Part shown: positions 51,340 to 64,000 of the stretch, one piece after another
How positions within the stretch are numbered: position 1 is the stretch's first letter
How the letters are laid out: each line of letters opens with the position of its first letter
Assembly (NCBI RefSeq): GCF_006345805.1
Contig: NC_043000.1
Span: 78,988,001-79,052,000, forward strand
Length of the DNA: 64,000 nt
Reading direction: 5' to 3'
Origin: Octopus sinensis
Taxonomy: Eukaryota
Notes under the pieces: model-generated
What the model saw: the letters and a program-made list of their open reading frames with translations, nothing else
What the model was told of the DNA's origin: nothing
Databases searched by the model: none
Translations under genes and position numbers: made by a program

Positions 51340-52420
51340 ATGTTGATATCTTCAACGATAAAGCCATATTTCATAGCTCTTCGTTACTTAAAGCAGGCTA
51401 TAAAGAATAAAATTTCCGATATTAACGCTACTGACATAAATTCTTTCGCTACTCATCAGGACATGAAAACACGTCATAACGGTAATAACATTATAAATTT
51501 TAGTTCGAAAAACAACACTAAATCGAAAGATGAAATTTTGCAGTGTAAGGGAAATAACTGTTCTTTATATCCCTCTACACGTAATAAAAATAAGTCTAGG
51601 ACTTCACAAGATAATTACCCTAACAACAATGTCTATCCTAGTAAAACTGTTTGGTTGATAATTCCATATGGTAATCAGATCAAATCCAACCGCTTTTACC
51701 AGTTTCGAGAACCTATAGATAACAATTTTCCAAAATATCCAAGCTACCATTCCATTATTAATTCAAACCGAATCAGGATAGGGTTTTTAAACACAAAAAA
51801 CCTTTCACAAATCATCTCTTCGCATAACAAAAGTTGTTAAACTCAAATCCTCTTAACGAAAGTAATAACATTGATATTATTAACGATAATACTTTGAACA
51901 ATACTTTGAACAATAATAACAGTAATATTAATATTTCTGATAGAAATTCGAATCGTATTCGTTTCTTTAGCAGTAATTCTAAGACTAGAATCTCTGTTTA
52001 TGACTGAAAAATTACTTCAAGTTCTGAAGTATTATTTGTAAATATGTACAAAATCGTCTCAGTTGTCGAAAAGAATAAATAACCATTAATCTACATTTAG
52101 ACATATCAATAAACGCAACAATACTGAGTATAGGACTTTAATTTGGTCTCTAAAGGAATATAACGAACAATTCGATCTGGAATGAAATATTCTATCTAGA
52201 TCCTTCCCATATGACAAAGTAAATCTTTCTGCCCGCTCTGTAACGAAGAACAGTTTCTAGTCCTTTTTTCGGAGAATACACTTGTAAACACGTTTATCGT
52301 TGTAAACTTTGGCAAAACATACCTTTTAGCTCCTATAAGTAAATTCTGACGACCTATAAAATTCGAACTGTAACTCTCATCTTACATTTCATTTTCCCTA
52401 CATACAACTATTTACAGCTA
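51340..52420 (+). mobile_element. PLE 3' half (RT tail plus GIY-YIG); inverted paralog at 61000-62480
   Basis: ORF 51340-51840 includes FPKYPSYHSIINSN...KNLSQIISSHNK, followed by the endonuclease C-terminal pattern. Confidence 0.7.
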
Positions 52421-55400
52421 CATATAACTATGTGGATGCGCGTGGTTAAGTGGTTAGGGTTTCAGCATTTTGACTGTGATTTCGATTCCTGGACCGGGAG
52501 ACACGTTGTGTTCTTGAGCAAAACACTTCATTTCAGGTTGCTCCAGTCCACTCAGCTGGCAAAAATGAGTAAAACTGAGATGGACTGGCGTCACGTCCAG
52601 CTGAGTCACACATACGCCATAGAAACCGGGAAACCGGGCCCAAGAGCTTGGCTAGACTTTAAAAGGGCGCATTTATATATTATTTTAAGTAAGGCAAAGC
52701 TATAAAATATGGCTTTATCGTTGAAGATATCAACATTAGCAATCTTGAAAGTGTAAGTGAAATATTTCTTGTTATAGCCCTTGAATGGTAACTGAAGGAG
52801 CTAACGTATTTTAACTTTGTTGATGGTTTATGATATGGGGAAGAAGAAAAATTACATAAATTAAAGGTGATATCTAAAATGTTGGCTTTAGTGATGTTAT
52901 CATCGAAAATAATAATGAAGCCCATATTTCGAAAAAATTAACCAACCTGTTTTTAATCCTTTGTAATGTTTGTTCAGAAACATTATGAAAGGGGCTTAGC
53001 TATGTGTCCGCCATTATCACGGATAAAAGCCAATATATACTTTGAGAATCCTTAGGAAAAAAACTACCTGAAGGATATTTATTTAAAATTCGCAAACTGA
53101 ATTATGGCTGTTAAATGGTAAACGACATTAGAAACACCTAGAGCATTAGTAGCCTCTATTCTCCTTACTCCACTAACTTTAGCCTACTAACTTTAACCAA
53201 AATACATTCAAATATGCCTAAGTTAAATTCTTCATAATGGGAATGATTTATGGCTCTGACATATGTACTACCCGTTCCTCTATAAATAGAAAAAATTCTT
53301 GTTTGTTTCCATTGAACGAAACGAAGAAACCCCCTCCCCCATTGATAAATCTAAATAACAACGTGAACTCAGTGATAAAAAATCTACAGATGGAGAAGGA
53401 CTTTCTACTACCATGTTCTTAATGATAAGATTAACCTCTCTGTCTATATATCTACCCTCTTTGTAATGTTGGCAAATGAAATAAGTATACAAATGTACAT
53501 TGTGCATTTAATTAAAAAATGTCTATATGTGGCTGAAGATTGCTTTACATTTTAGAACTGATGTAATACTATCATTGTTTAATAAAATGAAGTAGCATGA
53601 AACGATTGTACTACACGACCTTGGATATCCTTGTTGCTTATTTTGATTATAATCGTCCCATTTGATTTATATGGATAATACCATACCAAATTCTGGTGCC
53701 TTTAACTTAAGTACCATACACATCTGAATCTAAATTTTGCTGAACTTATATATACATATATATGCATACATATATATGTATATATATACATAAACACACA
53801 AGCACACACACACACATATATATATTTATATATATGTATGTATTATGTATATGTGTGTGTGTGTTCAGGTATGTATTTTAAAGTCAGTTGGGTTTGAAGT
53901 TGGTGTATTTCTAGAGAACCGGAATACTCTACCCATATACTGGGTTATCAACACTCGGGATTCAAGCCAAGCAAAGGCCGGAATATATCTGATGACCAAA
54001 ATCTACGTTTCACGTCACATGGTTTGGCAAAGAGAAAATGATACAATGAAATTAAAGAAGATAAAGAAAATTCTTTAACACATCTGTAATTATTAGTTAC
54101 ACATTTTCCCGTACCGTCTCCATTTGCAACGCTAGTTTACGCAAAAATTATAAATGAAAAGTTACGTAATATATGTGGTTTTTGGCATTGGAGAGGCGCT
54201 AGAAAGACCTGCATCAAAGTTGTGTTATTACAGACGTCATTGTCATGTAAGTATCCGGAGGACATGAAAGTCAGAAAATTAAAACTGTGTATGCGGGATG
54301 GATCTGTGGGGAAGAAATTATGTGAGGGGCGAATGAAGAGGGTGGATACATGTCAAAATAAAAGGGAGAAAGTGAAGGAGAGGGAGGAAAACGAACAGAA
54401 GCCGAAGGAGAAGAATCGGAAGAAGGGAAGAAAGAAATAGAAGAAGAAAAGGGAGAAGAAGAAGAAGAAGAAGAAGAAGAAAAAAAAAGAGGAAGAAGAA
54501 TAAGATGATGATGAAGAAGAAGAAGAAGAAGAAGAAGAAGAAGAAGAAGATGATGATGATGATGATGATGATGTAGAAGAAGAAGAAGAAGAAGAAGAAG
54601 AAGAAGAAGAAGAAGAAGAAGAAGAAGAAGAAGAAGAAGAAGAAGAAGAAGAAGAAAAAGAAGAGGAAGGAGAAGAATTCTAGGTGTGTGACAACTGGTA
54701 CTGTCAAGGCCATTTTTGACAATGTTCATCAAAGGGAACACTATATAATTAACCACGCAGCGACATTAGACGGTGACAACTTAAAGTGAAAAGTTCTAAT
54801 ACGTAAATAACTAGACAATCGTCCGGATGAGGAAGTTAAAGATGTATGTTGTGTTGCGAGGTAAAATTTATGATGTTACAATGTTTCGGCACTGGGAGAG
54901 AGGTACAAGTAGTAATAGTAAAAGACGATCATACATACAGAAATGTACACAAACACACAGGTACACACACACATACTTGTTGTGGAGCGGTCTGTGTATA
55001 TCTGTGCAAATATAAGAGTAATCGTCTGAGTATGAGTGCGTGAGCGTGTGATTGTGTCTGTGTACGTGAGTGAGCATGTGTTTGGGTACGTGTGTGTGTG
55101 TCCACGCGTGTCTTCGATCCAAATGTGTATGTGTCTCTATGTGTGTGTTTGTGTATGCATGTATTTACATCGATACATACAAGACCTCACATACACGTAC
55201 AAATAAATCTACACACAAACACACGCACACGCACAAAAAGACACCCACACGATCGTATAGATGTATCAGCCCATCCATACAAACACGGATATACGCACAT
55301 ACATACGTACATACATACATACATACACACATACATACTACAAACATGCATACACATATATACGTAAATAAATACATACACAGATACATTCATACATATA

Positions 55401-55474
55401 TATATATATATACATGTTTCCGTACACACGCTCATACATACATATATGTACACATATATACATATACACACACT

Positions 55475-55534
<60 letters not shown>

Positions 55535-55623
55535 TATGTATAAATGTGTGTGTGTGTGTATACATTAAAATATATATATGTCTCATATATTAAAAGAGAT
55601 TTGTGTGTGGTGCGTGTGTGTGT

Positions 55624-55668
<45 letters not shown>

Positions 55669-56410
55669 TGTGTGTGTATGTGTGCGTTGTTTCCTTATGG
55701 ATTCGAAAACTGAGTTGCCGAAATTGACGTATGAGGTATCACAATATTTAGTAAACTTTCGTCTAATAAATAAAGTATAATTTTTGAACAAGAACTCTTT
55801 TTTACTCCAATGATTACCTCGATAACCATGTCGGCTCGCACAATGTTGAGGCTTTCACCGAAGAGTAACCACTCTACCTGAACACTCTTAAAATACATGG
55901 ATTTTTACGAAGGAATACTCCCGAAGATATACCCGTCAAGTTTGTTAGAATTATTTTTGTAGATAATCGTTTAACGTGAAGTGTCTTTGTTTAGTCCAGA
56001 ATTCCTCCGATGTAGCACACCCATCGCATATTTTACTTCTTTTCTTCTACCTGAAATACTGTACATCTGTATTTTGATTTGTTTAACAGAGATTTGGCTG
56101 CTATTGTAGTAGATCAAGTAACAACAGAGACACTTCTATGTGTGTGTTTTGTTGTGGTGAACCCCACATTTTCTTAGAATATTTTGCACAATAACTTTTA
56201 AAGAAATCTGCACATCTTACGGCTAACCATTTAACTTCTATCGATTGTCCCCATGATGACGTATCCCCTGAAAAAATCCCGTTGATCATTCTGAGCTCAG
56301 TGCGTATTTCAATCTGGCTTTTATTTTTAGATCTCTGCCTGATAAAGTGACAACTTTGAGACATAGTAGGACAAAATACTCGATTTAACAAAAATTGTAC
56401 GCACACGCGT

Positions 56411-56451
<41 letters not shown>

Positions 56452-56454
56452 TTA

Positions 56455-57595
56455 TTTCTAGTTAATTTTTTTTTTTTTCAGATCATTAAATCGGAATATC
56501 AAGCTAAGAAAAACGAGTATTTTCGATACCTCATTATTTTTGCTATTAATCAAGGTTCTAAGGCCGCAAAAGCTGCTCTCGACATTTGTGCTGTGTATGG
56601 AGAGGGTGCCATAGCTCAAAGAACCGCTCGTGATTGGCATGCCAAATTCAAAAATGGAAATTTTGACCTGAAAGATGTACCTCGTTCTGGCCGTACAGTT
56701 GAGTTCAATGAAGAGCGATTTAACCAACTCGTCAAACGACAAGGGAACTGGCAGAGAAAATGGAATGTTCCCACACGGCTTTAGAGAAGCATCTTCACTC
56801 GATGGGAAAATTTCAGAAGTATGGAGCATGGGTTCCGCATGCTTTAAGTGACCACAACAAAAATCAACGAGCCACATTCTCCGCTGGTTTGCTTGATCGT
56901 CACCGCTCAACTCATGGACAGAAACAACGATTTCTTTACCGAATCGTTACTGGCGACGAAAAATGGTGCCCGTATATCCATATGAAGCAGCGTAAGGAAT
57001 GGCTTAGCTCCGGTAAACAAGCGACACCGCGCGTGAAACAAGATCTTCATCCGCGTAAGATGATGTTGTGCGTATGGTGGGACTGGGAAGGGAGTATCCA
57101 TTACGGATTATTTGAACGGAACCAAACAGTCAATGTGGAACTTTATGGTCAGTTGATGGAACAACTCAACATGGCTATTCAAGAGAAAAGACCTAATCAG
57201 CAGCATGGAATTCTATTGTTGTACGACAAAGCCCGCCCTCATATCGCCAATATGACCAAGGAAGCCATTCGAACGCATGCCTGGGAGGTGTTGCCACACC
57301 CGCCGTACTCTCCTGATTTGGCACCAACGTTTTTCCACCTCTTTCGATCTCTTTCAAATGCTATGCGCGGAGATTCGTTCAATGCTGATGCAGAACTGAG
57401 AGCTTCGTTGGATAAATTCTTCGAGTCGAAATCGGATGATTTCTACCAACGAGGTATTAAAAATCTTGTTGAGCGATGAGAAGAAGCTATAAACAACAAG
57501 GTTGGATACATTATTAATTAATTAGTTGATATTTGATTAAACCTTAAAAAAAATTAAAATTTCAAACACGGCTGAACTTATTTGCCAACCCAATA
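56455..57595 (+). mobile_element. Second mariner copy; 239-aa open catalytic-domain frame
   Basis: ORF 56760-57479 has IVTGDEKW, YDKARPH and YSPDLAPTFFHLF (third catalytic Asp lost). It shares the N-terminal deletion/frameshift with copy 1. 3' TIR present. Confidence 0.95.
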
Positions 57596-57805
57596 TATGT
57601 GTGTGTGTGCGTATGTGTGTGTATCCATACAAACGTATCTACACGCTCACGGATATGCCCCATACATATGTATATAACTAAAGTCACATATTCATGCTGA
57701 CACCCCCATACACGTATACCTATATATGCATATGCACTTAAGTACACACGCTTATGTATACAGTCACACACATATACACATACAAATACATACATATATA
57801 AAAAG

Positions 57806-57843
<38 letters not shown>

Positions 57844-60800
57844 GAAATTAAAGGTGGTAAATGCACACAATACATCGTTTTAATATAATTTTTAACATAT
57901 CTCATATTTTTTATCGACCCGTTTCACTTTCGCAAACATGACATTGAGATTTATTTAAACAGGTATTTTCATAATAAAAATTGTTTTGTCCATGTTGTAT
58001 GTGGAGTTTATGAATGAATGATTCAACAAGTAGGAAAATCTAAGGCGAGGTAATTGGCAATTGTTACTATTGTGGACAGGGAATATAATTATTCATCTTT
58101 CGAGTGAGTAGAAATATATATATATATATACAAAAAAATACAAAATCTAGAGTAGTGGGGGAGAAATATGTACAGTGATGGGTATGTAATCGTGAATTAA
58201 AATATATATAGACATCAAAGTTGGTTATGCGTGCATATTTAGTCGTCTTCTGTATTTTTAGATGAATAAATTTTCCTATTTAAACATTATTGCAAAGAGA
58301 TTGTATCTTTTCAGTGGTAGAAGGAAGAAACCGTGTAATTGGTTTGATGTTACCTGCACATCTCTCTATATGTTTACTTAAAAGAACCTGTTTGCATTGC
58401 GGGAACGGGATCTGCCCTTTATGTACAATGGTTCTCCGTCTCAATGTCATACACGTCCGTCCTTTATAGTGATGCCCACAACCAAGCAGGTTATGTCATA
58501 AATTAAGTTCTCTTAGGCACAAGTAAAATTGGTTTTAATCGTGATCCTATTTCCTTGTTTGAAAAGGAAAGCCGTGCCTTCAGGTAGGCTGGGGCATGTT
58601 CCACCGTTTCGGCTCTTTTATTCTTTTACTTGTTTCAGTCATTTGATTGTGGCCATGCTAGTGCACAGCCTTTAGTCGAGCAAATCGACCCCAGGAGTTA
58701 TTCTTTGTAAGTCTAGTACTTATTCTATCGGTCAAGTGGGGGTTGTTGTCAGAGGCTTTATTTTTTACAAACAGGGAATCTTCACTGGATTCAGGATGTT
58801 GGTCTGCGTGCGGTTCATCAATATTTTTCACATTAAGTGAAAATTTTTTCTCATTGTGAGAAGTACAGTTTGGGGACGTATCCTTCAACCAAAAGTTGTT
58901 CACTTTTTAATAGTGTGTGTTTTTACAACAACATTTACCATTTATTGGAAAGCTGTATTTCAAGTGTTCACATGAAGTGAAATTTTTTTCTCACTGTGAG
59001 AAGTATAGTTTGGTAACGTATCCTGCCACCAAAATTTGTCTGTTGTTTGTAAATAGAGTGTATTTTTAAAACTACGTTTACCAATAATTGGAAAGCTGTA
59101 TTTCAAGTGGAGCAGTCCAGGTTATATATATATATATATTCAAAATAAGCAACAAGGATATCCAAGGTAACGTAGTACAATCTTTTCATGCTGCTTCATT
59201 TTATTAAACAATGTAAATATTACATCAGTTTTAAAATGTAAAGCTTTCTTCAGCCACATCATAAGCAGTTGTCCTAAAATTTTCATCACAGTATTATCTC
59301 CCGATGAGACATGATGTTGTAGCTAGGACACTCTATATTAAAACCGGTCGGAATGATAACTCGGAGGACAAAAAAAAAAGAACCCACAATATGGTAGAAG
59401 CCATAGCCAATCATATTAAAAAGGAGTAATGATGGAACCTCCCAGTGAAGAAGTCAATAGAACTGTAAGTACAACACACCTGATATAATGATTTGTGATA
59501 GAGAAAATGTGTTGAGTTGGAGAAATTAGCTGCCCAGCGGATGTTAGCATAAAGCTGAAGATCAGTAAAAAAGAGAATACCTACACAGAACTATTGAGAA
59601 ATCTGCAATTACTCTATCCAGATTACAAGTTCAGGTTTATACCTGTAATTATTGGGGCCCTGGGATATGTAACACATTGCCTAAATACCAGTCTTGAGAA
59701 AGTTAGGCTTCCCGAAACCAGAAAGGAGAAAGCTAATTCGAAGTCTACTGTCCCAATCCATCACTAGAACTTCAAATATCTGCAAAAATTTCCAGAAGTT
59801 TATCATTTAAATATATATGAGCATGTCTAGATATGCAAATATATGCTTGAGAATATATACATAAGACAAAACATACAAATCTGCAAATATATATACGTAC
59901 ATACATACATACATACATACATACATACATACATACATACATACATGCATACATACATACATACATACATACATACATACATACATACATACATACATAC
60001 ATACATACATACATTCATACGTACATACATTCCATGAAGGAGCCTTGGATCTAGGTTAGAAACCGGATCTTTCTCTATTGGCAAGAGTTCTGAGCAATAA
60101 CATACATATATACATACATACTTACATACATATGTACATGCATACATATATACAAAGAACCTGATGCATTAGTTACTGCCACTGAGAGGATTACAAAGGA
60201 CTGGCAAACAATTTTCACACTCATTGACCAACAAAACACTTAAAATTTTATGGATAACCTGAAGAGTTCACATGATCTAACAGCACTTGGACATCTTCCT
60301 GGTGGGGCCAGAGTATAGAGGTGTCATCAACATATCGAAGCCATAGTGTTGGTTTTAGTAGTGTCGATCCTAAAGCCAAATTCTCAAAGTATATATTGGC
60401 TTTTATCGGTGATAATGGCGGACACATAGCTAAGCCCCTTTCATAATGTTTCTGAACAAACATTACAAAGGATTAAAAACAGGTTGGTTAAATTTTTCGA
60501 AATATGGGCTTCATTATTATTTTCGATGATAACATCACTAAAGCCAACATTTTAGATATCACCTTAAACTTATGTAATTTTTCTTCTTCCTCATATCATA
60601 AACCATCAACAAAGTTAAAATACGTTAGCTCCTTCAGTTACCATTGAAGGGCTATAACAAGAAATATTTCACTTCCACTTTCAAGATTGCTAATGTTGAT
60701 ATCTTCAACGATAAAGCCATATTTTATAGCTTTGCCTTACTTAAAATAATAAATAAATGCGCCCTTTTAAGGCCTAGCCAAGCTCTTGGGCCCGGTTTCC

Positions 60801-61094
60801 CGGTTTCTATGGCGTATGTGTGACTCAGCTGGACGTGACGCCAGTCCATCTCAGTTTTACTCATTTTTGCCAGCTGAGTGGACTGGAGCAACCTGAAATG
60901 AAGTGTTTTGCTCAAGAACACAACGCGTCTCCCGGTCCAGGAATCGAAATCACAGTCATGATGCTGACACCCTAACCACTTAGCCACGCGCATCCACATA
61001 GTTATATGTAGCTGTAAATAGTTATATGTAGCGAAAAATAAAATGTAAGATGATAGTTACAGTTCGAATTTTATAGGTCGTCAGAATTTACTTA

Positions 61095-61477
61095 TCTCTC
61101 TCTATATAAACGGCAGTTTGTCTGTGCGTTTACTGTGTGTCTGTTTTCTCGTACCCTCACTCTGACCACGGCTTTCAACCGATTCTGATGAAACTTGACA
61201 CACACATAGCCCAATGTCATAATTCAAAACTAACGCAGCGAAAATTTTGAAAATTTCCCCCAGTTCTGAAAAAAATCGATAAATTCGACATGGGGTCGAG
61301 AATCTGAAACCCAAACCACAGACCGTCTAGGGGACGCAACTCCACCTTTTTAACCCTCAAAACAAATTTACCATCATTTTTTTTCCATTTTTTTGCTATT
61401 TTTTGGCTATAACTCTCTAAAAATGCTTTATAGTTATTTCCCTTACAAACCTGAGCAACGCCGGGCGATACTGCTAG
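61095..61477 (+). mobile_element. Non-autonomous Helitron inserted at A|T; empty sites at ~332 and ~52335
   Basis: AGAATTTACTTA|TC...CTAG|TAGGAACTAA versus the uninterrupted paralog AGAATTTACTTATAGGAACTAA. Confidence 0.9.
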
Positions 61478-62953
61478 TAGGAACTAAAGGTATGTTTTGC
61501 CAAAGTTTACAACGATAAACGTGTTTACAAGTGTATTCTCCGAAAAAATGACTAGAAACTGTTCTTCGTTACAGAGCGGGCAGAAAGATTTACTTTGTCA
61601 TATGGGAAGGATCTAGATAGAATATTTCATTCCAGATCGAATTGTTCGTTATATTCCTTTAGAGACCAAATTAAAGTCCTATACTCAGTATTGTTGCGTT
61701 TATTGATATGTCTAAATGTATATTAAGGGTTATTTATTCTTTTCGACAACTGAGACGATTGACTACCTATGTAAAAATAAGACTTCAGAACTGGAAGTAA
61801 TTTTTCATTCATAAACAGAGATTCTAGTCTTAGAATTACTGCTAAAGAAACGAATACGATTCGAATTTCTATCAGAAATATTAATATTACTGTTATTGTT
61901 CAAAGTATTGTTCAAAGTATTATCGTTAATAATATCAATGTTATTATTTTCATTAGGAGGATTTGAGTTTAACAACTTTTGTTATGCGAAGTGATGATTT
62001 GTGAAAGGTTTTTTGTGTTTAAAAACCCTATCCTGATTCGGTTTGAATTAATAATGGAATGGTAGCTTGGATATTTTGGAAAATTGTTATCTATAGGTTT
62101 ACGAAAATGGTAAGAGCGGTTGGATTTGATCTGATTACTATATGGAATTATCAACCAAACAGTTTTACTAGGATAGACCTTGTTACTAGGGTAATTATCT
62201 TGTGAAGTCCTCGACTTATTTGTATTACGTGTAGTGGGATATAAAGAACAGTTAACTAACTTACACTGCAAAATTTCATCTTTCGATTTAGTGTTGACTT
62301 CCGAACTAAAATTTATATTGTTATTACCGTTATGACGTGTTTTCATGTCCTGATGAGTAGCGAAAGAATTTATGTCAGTAGCGTTAATATCGGAAATTTT
62401 ATTCTTTATAGCCTGCTTTAAGTAACGAAGAGCTATGAAATATGGTTTTATCGTTGAAGATATCAACATCAGCAGATAATCTAGAACGCCTAAGTGAAGT
62501 GTTTCATAATTATAGTTTTATAATTATACATTTCCCAGCGACTCTACTGATGAACCACGGAATAAGTGAATTGATTGACTAATTAATTGTTTTGTTTGAT
62601 CATTAATTCAGAAACACATAGGTATAGGGGTAACTGAGATTTTTATTCATTTACATAACCTGCTCGACTACACGCAACGTACCTTAAATAAGAATCTTTC
62701 TTTTCGTGGTTTCGCTTTTGATTGCACTTTTCAGCATATTAGAAGTCGACATGGTGGTATTTTCTCCGTGTATAAATTTCTATACTCTATTACATAGAAA
62801 AATATACGTCCTCTGACTTTTAATAAGCATTCTGACCAATTGTAAAAATTTTATTTTTAAAAATTGTTACCCTTTGTTTATATTTATATACATACACACA
62901 CACAACACACACACATACACACATAAATGTATGTATATATGTATGTATATATG

Positions 62954-63072
<119 letters not shown>

Positions 63073-63790
63073 AAAAAAGCAACAAGAATGGATTAAAATA
63101 TTGGTACAATATATATATATATGTGTATGTATGTATTATGTATGCATGTATGTATGCATGCATATATATATATGTATAAACTTGTTTTCAGACAAATATT
63201 TTGGTAAATATTGAAACCCGTAACAAAGTTATCTGCCGCCGTTTCTCCATAAACAAATATTATCGATATAGACTAGGAAGTTTGAATATACCAGTATGAG
63301 CAACCTCTTTTGGACTTATGTATACATGCATTTCGTAGTAACTTCCCTCCTCAGCATCGAATATCGCGAAGAGAGGAACTCCAAAAAGACTAATGAAAAT
63401 GGTGTTAACTATTTTCTCAACAACGAGGATGTACACTAACGCATTTAAATATCTCTCAGGCATATCTCATTTGAACTAGTAAGTATTGCATATTCTCAAT
63501 CAGTGATTGGTGCTTCTAATCAACATTTTATCTTAGCTGGGTAGCCGAAAAGCGTCATGATTCACAATGTTTTGATTGGTTTCCTATGACAGAAACCTCA
63601 TCTCTTAGTTCGGAGGTACTTCTTTGTTAAATCAGAGTTACCTCTCTTCTCGTTACTTGATGCTGGTACAAGATAAGAGGTTCGAAAAACCATTCATCCC
63701 TCCAAACGGATAGGTACATAGATACATATATAATGTATGTATGTAGGAAGGTATGTATGTATTTATATAATCATGTATATATATATAAAT

Positions 63791-63870
<80 letters not shown>

Positions 63871-64000
63871 ACACACACATATACATACGTACAATTTTGT
63901 GGATAAACAAATTATGGATCCTAAATTAGGCGTGGTCGAATACGAGATTTTAATAGATGTTTTATTGAAGATAAGGTAATATTTAAGGTTTGATGGGAAG

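Noticed and set aside
56760-57479. 239-aa mariner ORF as a domesticated gene
   Set aside because: Third catalytic Asp lost, DNA-binding domain out of frame, and the paralog is full of stops.
61180-61200. CTGATGAAAC inside a Helitron
   Set aside because: No stem II between the core halves, so it is a chance match.
62535-62630. CTGATGA...GAAAC (paralog at ~51180-51270)
   Set aside because: Stem II does not pair and the triplet is out of register with stem I.

Overview
AT-rich, microsatellite-dense eukaryotic DNA, most likely Octopus. The species call is my inference from recalled tRNA-SINE families, not a database hit. No intact host gene is visible. The one host-like coding segment is a 1.8-kb minus-strand exon (22896-21080) encoding 16 tandem six-cysteine VWC/pacifastin-like modules, interrupted by two in-frame TAA codons. 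The rest is mobile DNA: a near-full-length R4/Dong-type RLE retrotransposon inside a TAA/TGA microsatellite, many Penelope-like element (PLE) fragments, three dead mariner copies, three non-autonomous Helitrons, a solo LTR and several SINE families. Much of 44-64 kb is a rearranged direct/inverted re-copy of 0-18 kb. The most notable signal is about ten intact or near-intact type I hammerhead ribozyme motifs, found by eye on both strands. They include ~480-bp ORF-less foldback elements whose inverted arms each carry a hammerhead motif, one per polarity. All structures were folded by eye and no cleavage activity is shown. Most short ORFs in the supplied track are microsatellite artefacts.
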